This document shows, piece by piece, positions 47,562-56,515 of a stretch of 64,000 bases of DNA. The position numbers and the translations under genes are program-made. Source of the stretch: Chloroflexota bacterium (GTDB taxonomy: Bacteria; Chloroflexota; UBA11872). The stretch covers positions 519,009 through 583,008 of the forward strand of contig OZ244806.1 in assembly GCA_965220075.1 (NCBI GenBank), in the 5' to 3' direction. The notes under the pieces were generated by a model that searched no databases, was not told where the DNA came from, and was given only the letters and a program-made list of their open reading frames with translations. The stretch's first letter is position 1, and each line of letters starts with the position of its first letter.

Positions 47562-48118
47562 GCCGGCTGGTGCTTCTGCTCGAAGAGGCCTCCATGAAAA
47601 CACTTCTCGATAGGCTTCTGCCACGGCTCTTCCCAGACCTGACGTTCCTCTGTGTTAGGCATGAGGGCAGGCAGGACCTCGAAAAGAGCATCCCGCGCAA
47701 GCTGCGCGCATGGCGGGAGCCGGGAGTCCGCTTCCTAGTGCTGCGGGACAACGACGGCGGCGACTGTCACGCCCTGAAAGATAGGCTCCTCGGACTCTGC
47801 CGGCAGGGCGGCCGGGGCGATTCGCTGGTGCGGATCGCGTGTCAGGAACTCGAAGCCTGGTACCTGGGCGAGCCGGAGGCGCTGGCGGACGCGTTTTGCA
47901 ACGAAGAGCTGCGTGGGATCCGCCGACTGGCGCGCTATCGAAATCCAGACGCGGTCGCGACGCCATCTAAAGCTATCAAGCGGCTCATACCTGAGTTCCA
48001 GAAAATATCGGGCGCCCGCCGGATGGCGCAGTTCCTTTCAAAGGAACGCAACCGATCCACCAGCTTCCAGACGCTGCTGCGCGGAATTGAGCGACTCTGT
48101 CCGGACGCCTCCCAATAG
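47558..48118 (+). CDS. DUF4276-family protein (TOPRIM-like E...DxD), AbiLii-like partner of the ATPase
   Basis: The GTG overlaps the ATPase stop (GTGA). LVLLLEEASMKTLLDRLLPRLFP...FLVLRDNDGGD carries a conserved Glu and a DxD, consistent with a split OLD-family TOPRIM. Confidence 0.6.
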   Translation: MSRLVLLLEEASMKTLLDRLLPRLFPDLTFLCVRHEGRQDLEKSIPRKLRAWREPGVRFLVLRDNDGGDCHALKDRLLGLCRQGGRGDSLVRIACQELEAWYLGEPEALADAFCNEELRGIRRLARYRNPDAVATPSKAIKRLIPEFQKISGARRMAQFLSKERNRSTSFQTLLRGIERLCPDASQ

Positions 48119-48353
48119 GGACCAACCGCCCATGGGTGAGTGCCCGCAAGCCGATCGAGGTCGATCTGTCACTGGATGACATCAATGCGGCGTCGGTGCA
48201 TGGCATGGGAAGGCTGTCCCGCGACGTGGCCAGAGGGCATCGTTTTGGGATATGGACCCGCGGGTTTCGTCAGAAGTTTGGACTCTGGCCGTCCTGACCG
48301 CGCTACGCTGCCGTCGTACTGCATTTTGAAGGCCGCGGCCGGCTAGAAGCTCC

Positions 48354-49082
48354 ATGCGCGTCGCGCTTTTTGCAGACGTTCACGCCAACCTGACGGCGCT
48401 GCGGGCCGTCTTGGCGGACATCCGGGCGCGCGGCCCGTTCAATCTCATCGTCTCCGACGGCGACCAGATAATGGGTGGGCCGCGTCCGCTCGAGGTTTGG
48501 AGCGAGCTGCGGGAAGGCGGTGTGACGCTGCTGCGCGGCAACGTAGAACGCGATCTCGGCAGCGGCCGTTTCCCGCCTGAGCCTGCCGGCGGAAAGAACC
48601 GCGCCGCCATCGAGTCGGTTTTCTACTGGACCCTGGAGCAAGTTCCCGACCAGGTGCGCGCGGCGGCCGCGGGGCTTCCCGCGGAACTGAAGGTCGAGAT
48701 GGACGGCGCGCCGCCTCTCGTGGTCGTGCACGCCAACCGAGACAATCTGGACGACTTCATATGGGAAGACACCCCGCCCGCTGAGTTGCGGCGTTTGATC
48801 GGCCACCCGCCGCCGGGTCTGCTCGTGCTCGGTCACGTGCACGCGCCGCTCGACATGCAGTTCGAGTCGACCCGTATCGTGCGCCCTGGCAGTGTGGCCC
48901 TGAAGTACGAGGCCGACGTGTACAACCTGGCGCACTGGGCCGAGGCCGCCTGGGACACCAGCGTCGGCGCCTGGACCTGCCGCAGTCACGTCGTGGCCTG
49001 GGACCACCGCGCGGAGATCGAGGCGGCTTACGCCGTCGGGTATCCCGGCGTCGAGATATTGCCGGGATTCGACCGCGCCTGA
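48354..49082 (+). CDS. Calcineurin-like metallophosphoesterase (YfcE-like)
   Basis: MRVALFADVHAN...VSDGDQI...GNVE...LLVLGHVHAP. Confidence 0.75.
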   Translation: MRVALFADVHANLTALRAVLADIRARGPFNLIVSDGDQIMGGPRPLEVWSELREGGVTLLRGNVERDLGSGRFPPEPAGGKNRAAIESVFYWTLEQVPDQVRAAAAGLPAELKVEMDGAPPLVVVHANRDNLDDFIWEDTPPAELRRLIGHPPPGLLVLGHVHAPLDMQFESTRIVRPGSVALKYEADVYNLAHWAEAAWDTSVGAWTCRSHVVAWDHRAEIEAAYAVGYPGVEILPGFDRA

Positions 49083-49185
49083 CGCCCAGAGCTGCTGTCA
49101 GCGCGCGGCCGTCCCTTGTAGGCGAGTAGCCTGACTGCGATGCTTGAGCAGAATGTTGAGTGGGGGGGCTGCGGTTGTGAGCACG

Positions 49186-49524
49186 ATGGTCACCGAGGAC
49201 GAGGTTCGCGAGAAGCTGGGCACCGTGATAGATCCCGAGATCGGGATCGGCATCGTGGATCTCGGGCTCATCTATGAAATCGCCATAGCGCCCTATCACC
49301 CCGAGGAGGGCGAGCCGGAGGCTGAGCCGGAGGACCTGGCGGTCAAGGTCACCATGACGCTTACCACGCCCGGCTGCCCGGCCGGTCCATACATCCTGCA
49401 GCAGGTGAAGGAGCAGGCGGAGTCGATAGACGGCGTAAGGAAATCCAAAATCGACCTGACCTTCAGCCCGATGTGGAACGAAGACATGATGAGCGAGGAC
49501 GTGCGCTGGATCCTTGGCCGCTAG
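49186..49524 (+). CDS. DUF59/MIP18-family Fe-S cluster assembly protein (SufT-like)
   Basis: TEDEVREKLGTVIDPEIGIGIVDLGLIYEI...TMTLTTPGCPAGPYI. Confidence 0.65.
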   Translation: MVTEDEVREKLGTVIDPEIGIGIVDLGLIYEIAIAPYHPEEGEPEAEPEDLAVKVTMTLTTPGCPAGPYILQQVKEQAESIDGVRKSKIDLTFSPMWNEDMMSEDVRWILGR

Positions 49525-49617
49525 GCGGTTTCGATCGGCCGGGTTGCAAACCGACTCCATAGTCCTAGCCTTCTACCTCGATCAGGCTGGCCGCGAGCGC
49601 GCTAATCCGCCGGGTAC

Positions 49618-50355
49618 TTGATCGTGCGGATCAGCTTCACCAAGCTCGATCTCTTCGAGTTCTGCCCTTGGGCCTACCGCTACCGCTACGTCGAGCGAAT
49701 CCCCACGCCGTTTTCACCGCGGCTTGCCACCGGCGCCGCGGTTCACGCCGTGCTGCGGCGGTTCTTCGAGCGCCTGCAGTCGGGCGCGCAGGCCGGACTG
49801 TCCGAGCTTCTCGCTATGTACGAGGACTATTGGGCTGGTGCGCCTTGGCTCGATCCGGCGCGGCAGCCAGACCTGTGGGACCGGGGTCTGGCGCTTCTCA
49901 AAGGCTTTTGGGCCGCCAACGCGGCTAACCTGGGCCGTCCTGTTCTGCTTGAGGCGCGCTTTCGTGTATCGCTGGAGCCAGGTGATCGGCACACCGTGGA
50001 GGGCCTGATCGACCGCGTGGACGAAACGGCTGGCGGCGTGGAGATCATCGATTACAAGAGCGGCGCCCGGCCCGACGGCTTGCCCGAGTACACGCGTACC
50101 CAGCTGCACACTTACGCGCTTGCCGTCGAACGCCAGTTCGGTTTGACCCCTGTGCGTCTTACGGCCTACTTCCTTAGCGACAACCGCGCCTTGTCGTCCG
50201 CGCCGGATCGCGGCTATGCCAGCCGACTGCGAAAGCGCTTCGCGGCTGCCGCCGCTGACATCGCCGCGGGGAGTTTCGGGGCGACTCCCGGACCGCAGTG
50301 CGCGCGCTGCGATTACGCCGACCGCTGTCCCCATAAGTGGACCGAAGGCGCGTAG
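49618..50355 (+). CDS. PD-(D/E)XK-superfamily nuclease with a Cas4/AddB-like four-Cys cluster
   Basis: The FCPWAYRY N-terminal Cys plus the C-terminal CARCDYADRC give the 1+3 Cys spacing of Cas4/RecB-family Fe-S nucleases. The central IDRVDE...IIDYKSG matches the D...E-x-K core. Confidence 0.6.
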   Translation: MIVRISFTKLDLFEFCPWAYRYRYVERIPTPFSPRLATGAAVHAVLRRFFERLQSGAQAGLSELLAMYEDYWAGAPWLDPARQPDLWDRGLALLKGFWAANAANLGRPVLLEARFRVSLEPGDRHTVEGLIDRVDETAGGVEIIDYKSGARPDGLPEYTRTQLHTYALAVERQFGLTPVRLTAYFLSDNRALSSAPDRGYASRLRKRFAAAAADIAAGSFGATPGPQCARCDYADRCPHKWTEGA

Positions 50356-50500
50356 CCCGACCCGGCCGGATACGGGACCGTTTCGCGCCCCAAGGCGCAA
50401 GGCTTGCTCGTCGGTAGGAGCGAAAGAAGACCGGGGCGAAACGCGGCCGAAAAAGCCTCTTTTAGTCTACCCGGGCAAGTCGTAGGAGTCGCGAGACCCT

Positions 50501-51802
50501 CTAAGAGCCGAGCCGTCCATTGCCGCCGGCGATCGGGCAGGATCCGGCCTCGCAATGATGATCGCGGATGTGCGCCTCGAACTCGTCGCGGAAGATCCGC
50601 ACCGCGCCGCGCACCGGCTGATGAGCGAAATGGCCTAGAGCACAGAACGAAGCCATCATGCTGGCGCCCAGCTCCTCCAGCAGATCGAGGTCGTCCATTG
50701 TTCCCTGGCCGTGCATGATGCGCTCGCAGATTTGCACCAGATTGGGCGCACCCTCACGGCAGGGAATACAGAATCCGCAGCTCTCTTCCTCGAAGAAGAG
50801 GGCGTCCCGATAGGCCGCGTCCACCATGCACGCCGAGTCGTCGTATACGACCACGCCTCCGGTGCCCATGATGGTCCCCAGCGCGGACATGGATTTCGGC
50901 TCCAGCGGCGCGTCCAGATTGTCGGGCCCGAGCGGCGCCGAGGAAGCCCCGCCGGGCTTGAAGCCCTTCAACGGCCGCCCGCTGCGTACTCCTCCGCCGT
51001 ATTCGAAGATCAGCTCGCGCGCCGTAGTGCCCAGGGGCAGCTCGTGCACGCCGGGATTCGCGACGTGTCCGGAGAGGCAGTACATCTTCGTGCCCGCCGC
51101 GCCGCCCGCGCCCAGGCCCTGAAACCACTCGGCGCCCTTCGTCACGATATCCGGCGCGCAGGAAAGAGTCTCGACGTTGTTGATCGCCGTCGGCTTGCCC
51201 CAAACCCCCACGTTAGTCGGGAAGGGCGGCTTGAAACGCGGATTGCCCCGCTTGCCTTCCAGCGAGTTGAACAGCGCGGTCTCCTCACCAACTATGTAGG
51301 CCCCGGCGCCGCGCCGGAACTCTAGATCGAAGTTGAAGCCCCTCTTGCCCAGCACGTCCTGGCCCAGATAGCTCGCCTGGTAGGCCTCGCGCATCGCCGC
51401 CTGCACGCGCTCGTGGGACAGCCCGTACTCGCCCCGAATGTAGACGTACCCGCGCTCCGCGTTGGCCGCGTAGGCGGCGATGAGCATCCCTTCCAGCATC
51501 AAGTGGGGATCGAGCTCCAGCGAGTAACGGTTCACGTAAGTGCCGGGCTCGCTCTCGTCGCCGTTGCTCACGACGTAACGCGGCGTCTTCGGGTCCTTGC
51601 GTACGAACTCCCACTTGAGTCCGGTCGGGAAGAAGGCCCCCCCGCGCCCCGTCAGACCGGAGGCTTTGATGACATCGGTCACGTCCTCCGGGGCCATCTC
51701 GCGCAGCACCCGCTCGAGCGCTTCATAGCCGCCGGCTTCACGGTACGACCGCAGCGTCCACGACTCCGGCCGCCCGAAGTTCTTGGTGACCACCCGTTCC
51801 AT
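50501..51802 (-). CDS. nuoF: NADH dehydrogenase flavoprotein subunit (NuoF/51-kDa family)
   Basis: GRGGAFFPTGLKW...NGDESEPGT...ESCGFCIPCREG...C (N3 cluster). ATG at 51802. The N-terminal Arg-rich 77 aa of the listed ORF were rejected. Confidence 0.85.
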   Translation of the reverse strand: MERVVTKNFGRPESWTLRSYREAGGYEALERVLREMAPEDVTDVIKASGLTGRGGAFFPTGLKWEFVRKDPKTPRYVVSNGDESEPGTYVNRYSLELDPHLMLEGMLIAAYAANAERGYVYIRGEYGLSHERVQAAMREAYQASYLGQDVLGKRGFNFDLEFRRGAGAYIVGEETALFNSLEGKRGNPRFKPPFPTNVGVWGKPTAINNVETLSCAPDIVTKGAEWFQGLGAGGAAGTKMYCLSGHVANPGVHELPLGTTARELIFEYGGGVRSGRPLKGFKPGGASSAPLGPDNLDAPLEPKSMSALGTIMGTGGVVVYDDSACMVDAAYRDALFFEEESCGFCIPCREGAPNLVQICERIMHGQGTMDDLDLLEELGASMMASFCALGHFAHQPVRGAVRIFRDEFEAHIRDHHCEAGSCPIAGGNGRLGS

Positions 51803-51807
51803 TGGCT

Positions 51808-52329
51808 TCAGACCTCGCCGTCGCGCAGCTCGCGAATCAACACCGGCACGTCTTCCGGCCGTATCGGTCCGCGCTGATCCAGGTTCACCGACATGGCTGG
51901 TTGTTTGTCGCACAGGCCCAGGCAGGAGACGGCCTCGATCTTGAACTCGGAGTCGCCGCTCACCTCGCCTCGCCGGATTCCCAGCTCCTGCTCCAGCGCC
52001 GCGAAGACCCCCTGCGCGCCGGCCAGGTGGCAACTCAAATCACGGCACACGCGCAAAATGTGCTTTGGCTGAGGCGCCAGGTAGAACATGGTGTAGAAAG
52101 TCGCAACGCCAAAGACTTGGCTTTCGGGAATGCGGAGCTCCTCGGCGATCGTGCTGATCGTCTCCGGGGGCACGTAGCTGAACAAGGCCTGCGCGGCGAA
52201 CAGCGCCTCTAGCGTGGAGCCCGGCCGGCCTTTGAACTCCCGCAGTTGCGCGCGCAGCCGCTCGAGCTTAGGTTGGTCCTCGGATCGCAGCGCCGGCCGG
52301 CCGGGAGCGCCGGCTTCCGTCACCGCCAT
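51808..52329 (-). CDS. nuoE: NADH dehydrogenase 24-kDa subunit (NuoE, 2Fe-2S)
   Basis: CRDLSCHLAG...VSCLGLCDKQPAMSVN. ATG at 52329. Confidence 0.85.
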   Translation of the reverse strand: MAVTEAGAPGRPALRSEDQPKLERLRAQLREFKGRPGSTLEALFAAQALFSYVPPETISTIAEELRIPESQVFGVATFYTMFYLAPQPKHILRVCRDLSCHLAGAQGVFAALEQELGIRRGEVSGDSEFKIEAVSCLGLCDKQPAMSVNLDQRGPIRPEDVPVLIRELRDGEV

Positions 52330-52898
52330 TGGCGGCGCAGGTCGAAAAGGCCCACGGCCAAGCGAGCGCTTCCTTCCTGAAGGGGGCGAACGGAGGCCGA
52401 GTCTATCACCTGGGGCTGCGGCGTCAGACCGGGACGTACCCATGACCCGGCTGCGGCTCGCGTTCGTGAATGTCCCAGCCTGGGCTGCGACGCCGCGTTA
52501 GGCTGCGTTCGACAGCACGTCCGAGGCGCATCCGATGGCCCTCACCCAAGCTCAGGCCCGCGAGCTGCGCAGCCTCATGCAAACCTGGAATAAGTCGTCC
52601 CGCGAAGTCGGCGACATGCTGGGCGGTTCCGCCGTGACGGCCGGCGGCTTGCAGATGAACCGTCTGCGCGCGGCGATGGATCGCCGCTCGCAGGCTGAGC
52701 AACTCGTAATAGCCTTCTGGTCCCGCACCTCCTAGAGATCGGGATTTCAGCCCGACCCGAGCTCGCGGGCCGACCGGCCGGCGTGACCCGGCTTGCAAGA
52801 TCCGCCGGCGCTTGAAAGCGCGCGCCTCTATCCGTCCGATCGGAGGCTGGCGGGCCGAGCGCGGCATAATTGACCGACTCGGCTAAAGGGGCCGCACC

Positions 52899-53273
52899 AT
52901 GTCTCTCGCGAATGCTAGGACGAATATCGAACGGTGCATCGAACGCCTGCGCGCCGGAACTTTGCGCGAGCAAGATCTGGCGCGCGTGCGAGACGAGCTC
53001 GAGTCCTCCGGGACGCCGCGCCAGGACATCCTCTATCTACAGGCCAGAAGCACCGACCTCGCGAGCGAGGTCGTGGGCATGCGTCTGGTACGCAACGGCG
53101 CCATGTACGAGGGCGCCGACGATCCCGACGAGTGGCCCTATCAGTCGGTCCTGGACGCTATCCAGGATGGCTGGCGCGTGATCGAGTTTCCCAACCTGGC
53201 CCTGTTGCTGGACGAGTCGCGCGCGTACGGTCTGGGCGTCGAGTTCATCCTCGAGAAGATCGAGGCGGCTTGA
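52899..53273 (+). CDS. Hypothetical protein (124 aa) coupled to the downstream PhyH-family dioxygenase
   Basis: Its stop overlaps the next ATG (TGATG). Non-Arg-rich, plausible coding composition. No known motif. Confidence 0.4.
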   Translation: MSLANARTNIERCIERLRAGTLREQDLARVRDELESSGTPRQDILYLQARSTDLASEVVGMRLVRNGAMYEGADDPDEWPYQSVLDAIQDGWRVIEFPNLALLLDESRAYGLGVEFILEKIEAA

Positions 53274-54133
53274 TGGATACCTCCCATGTCGCGCCCACTC
53301 TCACCGACACGCAGGTCTTGGACTTCTGCAAGAACGGCTACCTGGTGCTGGAGGGCGTCGTCTCCGCGGAGGTCAACCGCCGCACGGTTGAGTTTCTCAA
53401 CGAGGATGCGCGGAACGTGATCGAGAACCCGGGCGAGCCGAGCGAAATCCTGCACGAGGATTGGTTCGTCGACAGCGTGATCATGAATCCCGCCGCGGCC
53501 GGCGCCGTGCGCTGTCTCCTCGGTGCGAACTTCGCGACGCCGGTGCTGATAAGCAACCACCGTATGCGCATGCCTCAGCCGCCGCAGACCTGGCATCGCG
53601 ACAGCGGCTCGCGCCACGGTCCCGCACTTCATTACCTGCAGGTGTTCTACTACCCCGAGGACTGCCCCGTGGAGATGGGCCCCACCGAGGTGCTGCCCGG
53701 CTCGCACCTGCTCTTCCAATACGCGAGCCACATGGGGCACTACGGCGGCGTGCGGGAGGCTGTCAAGACCGCCGCGCCGGCGGGCTCGATCTTTCTGACC
53801 GTGTACTCGATCTGGCACCGGCGCTCGCGGTCGACCGCCAGTGGGATTCGCAACCTGCTCAAGTACAACTACTGGCGCACGGCGCCGCCGCAGCGCGACT
53901 GGATTGTCGATCCCGAGTTTGACTTCGGCACGGCCAACTACGCGCTGCCCAGGCCGGCCATGCGCCACCGGCTGTACGAGGACGGCGCCCGCATGTTCTT
54001 CTGGCTGTGCGGAAAGTCCGACGAGTTCCACACCATGGGCGGCCAGGGCTGGCCCATGAGCGCCGCGCTCGGACACCACTACATCGACCGTTCCATGGGC
54101 TATCCCGGCGAGCCGACCGGCACCATCTACTAG
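53274..54133 (+). CDS. Phytanoyl-CoA dioxygenase (PhyH) family protein
   Basis: LDFCKNGYLVLEGVV...WHRDSG...LPGSHL... The upstream part of the 399-aa listed ORF is in a different reading context and was rejected. Confidence 0.7.
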
Positions 54134-54335
54134 CTGCGTCCCAATGCGTCCTATTTCGGACCAGGAAGCACGAATGAGGCTTTGCTCACAGCCGGCGAGG
54201 GCGATTTCTATCGCGTGACTGCTAAGAGTGTATTCCGTCACGTGCGCCGCCTGGATCCTCTTTGATATTTTGTATTCCAGCGAGTTGCGAGATATATGCA
54301 TGCCCTGTATAAGTATGCACAAAGACTGCCGAGTC

Positions 54336-54372
54336 TTGACTCACACACGCCTTTTTTATGACATCTGATATG
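54336..54372 (+). promoter_or_regulatory. AT-rich region with a TTGACT (-35-like) and a TATGAC/TTATGA (-10-like) upstream of the glycan-cluster methyltransferase
   Basis: ttgactcacacacgccttttttatgacat lies within a 285-bp stretch whose GC is far below the window average. Confidence 0.25.
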
Positions 54373-54418
54373 CGTGACTGGGCTTCAGCGTGGAGTACGA
54401 ACTTGCTAAGTTTAGAAG

Positions 54419-55405
54419 GTGAGATTGATGTCTGGTAGTTCGTCCAGCGACCTCGGCGGTGTTACAAATCACAGCCATAGCTGCGCATTGTGCTCCTCCC
54501 GCGTCCATATCCCTACTGGGATAAAGCCGCCGCCCTACACCCTGCCGGAATACCGGTTCGAGATTCTTCGTTGCGCCTCATGCGGCCTGATGTCTACGCA
54601 GCCGCAGCTGACGCCCACTGAACTCAAGTCGGTATATGACTTGATTGACTACTATTCGCTTTCGGAGGCTACCGACCAAAGCGCGGCCAGTGGATCGGAG
54701 CGGCTGCGCTGGAGCGTGCGTAGTCGGGTCACGCGGTACTACTACGCGCGAGACCGCAAGGGCGCGGGCTTGCTGACTCGACTGATCGCCATGGCCGCCC
54801 ACCGGCGCTTTGGCTGGGCTCCCTCTAACCTCCAGGGCAGCCATTTACTCGATGTCGGATGCGGCGACGGCGCTTTCCTTCTTGACGCGCGCGACGCGGG
54901 CTGGACGGTCCAGGGCCTGGAGTTCTCGGAAACGGCCGGCGCCAACGCTGCGCGCCTGGGCCTCAACGTCACAATCGGTCGGCTTGAAGATCGCCCGTTC
55001 GAGCCGGAATCCTTCGACGTGGTGCGGCTTTGGAGCGTCTTAGAGCACCTATCCGATCCGTGTGGAGCAATGCGTGAAGTCGCCCGCATTCTGCGGCCGG
55101 GAGGCTGGGCGATTGTCCAGACGCCCAACGCCCGATCGCCGGCGGCGCGCCTGATCGGCGACGGCTGGATCGGCTGGCAGATACCTGTCCACCTCAATCA
55201 CTTTACGCCTGCCACTCTGGAGCGCACAATCCGCACCACCCGGCTGCTACCGGTCGAGGTGCACCACGCCTCCATAGGAACCTTGACCTGCGGCCTTCAC
55301 CCCAACCTCAGAAGCGCGCGTTACCTCATCGTTCTCGTGGACTACTTATTGGATCTGCTCAAGCTCGGCGATTGCGTCGTGGTGTTCGCTCGAAAACCCG
55401 CCTGA
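54419..55405 (+). CDS. Class I SAM-dependent methyltransferase with an N-terminal Cys4 zinc-ribbon
   Basis: CALCSS...CASCGL (2x CxxC) followed by LLDVGCGDGAFL (motif I)...FDVVRLWSVLEHLSDP...LRPGGWAIVQTPN. Confidence 0.7.
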   Translation: MRLMSGSSSSDLGGVTNHSHSCALCSSRVHIPTGIKPPPYTLPEYRFEILRCASCGLMSTQPQLTPTELKSVYDLIDYYSLSEATDQSAASGSERLRWSVRSRVTRYYYARDRKGAGLLTRLIAMAAHRRFGWAPSNLQGSHLLDVGCGDGAFLLDARDAGWTVQGLEFSETAGANAARLGLNVTIGRLEDRPFEPESFDVVRLWSVLEHLSDPCGAMREVARILRPGGWAIVQTPNARSPAARLIGDGWIGWQIPVHLNHFTPATLERTIRTTRLLPVEVHHASIGTLTCGLHPNLRSARYLIVLVDYLLDLLKLGDCVVVFARKPA

Positions 55406-56419
55406 TCACCGCGTACCCCAGCCATCGCGACTCATGATCCCGTAGCCAAGCCAATTTGCGACAACGCCTTCCGCATAAGTGAGGAGCGTGACCCAGCACA
55501 CTGGGATGTGGAATAACCAAACCCAGCTTGGCGCACGCCGGAACCCACGTATCGCTTGTAGAACCAGCGGTAAGATCGTAATGGTTGAAATGCAGAAATA
55601 GATAATCCTGAGCGATGTTCCCTGTAGCACGTCACCGCGCACACCGACGGATCGGTAGTGCAGGTAATCACGGACTCTCCGCTTCTGCTTACGGCGGAAG
55701 ACCGAGAAGCTATCCGCATAGAAGTGAGCGATTTCAGGATATGACTTCGCAACTGACACGAATCTACCAGGCGCACCCAGCCTTAGGATGTCGACATCGA
55801 CGAGGAGTCCGTCGCTAACCGCTCTGCGAACGAATTCAGTGCGGGCCATGAAGCCGTTGGAGCCAATTGTCGGAGGCCTGTTCTTGTCAAATGTGACTTT
55901 GCTATAACCTTCTCTATTCACGACTCGTAACATTGGAAGATCGGTCCAGCGGCCTGTAACCATGCTGAATCGATCATAGTCGCCAATGAACAGCCGCAGA
56001 GGGTCATTCATTCCGAGCAGGGCAAAATAGCGGTTCAAAGGCTTCATGCCGGGTACGACGCCAAACGCGATGGCTTCGGAAGCGACAATTTCTTCGTCCT
56101 CGAATGGTTTCATCATGCGCGCCAGCCAGTCATCTCCGATGAGTATGTTGTCGGCGTCTACGGATAGCATGAACGGATACTTCGCCGCGCCGAGACCGCG
56201 GGCTTTGCCCGCCTCTGTCGTGACGTCTTCGTTGGCAACCACCCGGCAGCCTGCGCGCCGTGCGACCGCGACGGTGGAGTCAACCGAACCCCCGTCCGCG
56301 ACGATCACCTCGACATCGCCCAGTGTGTATTGCTGTCGACCTATTGAGCGCAGCAGATGACCCAAATCATCCGCGCAGTTCAACGTCGGCACTATGATGC
56401 TGATCGATCTATCGTTCAT
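55406..56419 (-). CDS. Family 2 glycosyltransferase with two C-terminal TM helices (ArnC-like polyprenyl-phosphate aminosugar transferase)
   Basis: ISIIVPTLNCADDL...VIVADGGSVDST...SVDADNIL, followed by C-terminal TM segments. Confidence 0.7.
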   Translation of the reverse strand: MNDRSISIIVPTLNCADDLGHLLRSIGRQQYTLGDVEVIVADGGSVDSTVAVARRAGCRVVANEDVTTEAGKARGLGAAKYPFMLSVDADNILIGDDWLARMMKPFEDEEIVASEAIAFGVVPGMKPLNRYFALLGMNDPLRLFIGDYDRFSMVTGRWTDLPMLRVVNREGYSKVTFDKNRPPTIGSNGFMARTEFVRRAVSDGLLVDVDILRLGAPGRFVSVAKSYPEIAHFYADSFSVFRRKQKRRVRDYLHYRSVGVRGDVLQGTSLRIIYFCISTITILPLVLQAIRGFRRAPSWVWLFHIPVCWVTLLTYAEGVVANWLGYGIMSRDGWGTR

Positions 56420-56515
56420 CGCCGTGCGCAAACCTTAGCCGACGCTCTGAGCCATGCATATCCGTATACCGGCTGCGCGACAACTACTCGCCATCACTAG
56501 ACGGCCAAGCGCCGG

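Noticed and set aside
52535-52735. 66-aa ORF (MALTQAQARELRSLMQTW...)
   Set aside because: It is short, has no motif and only a weak RBS, so it was not reported as a gene.
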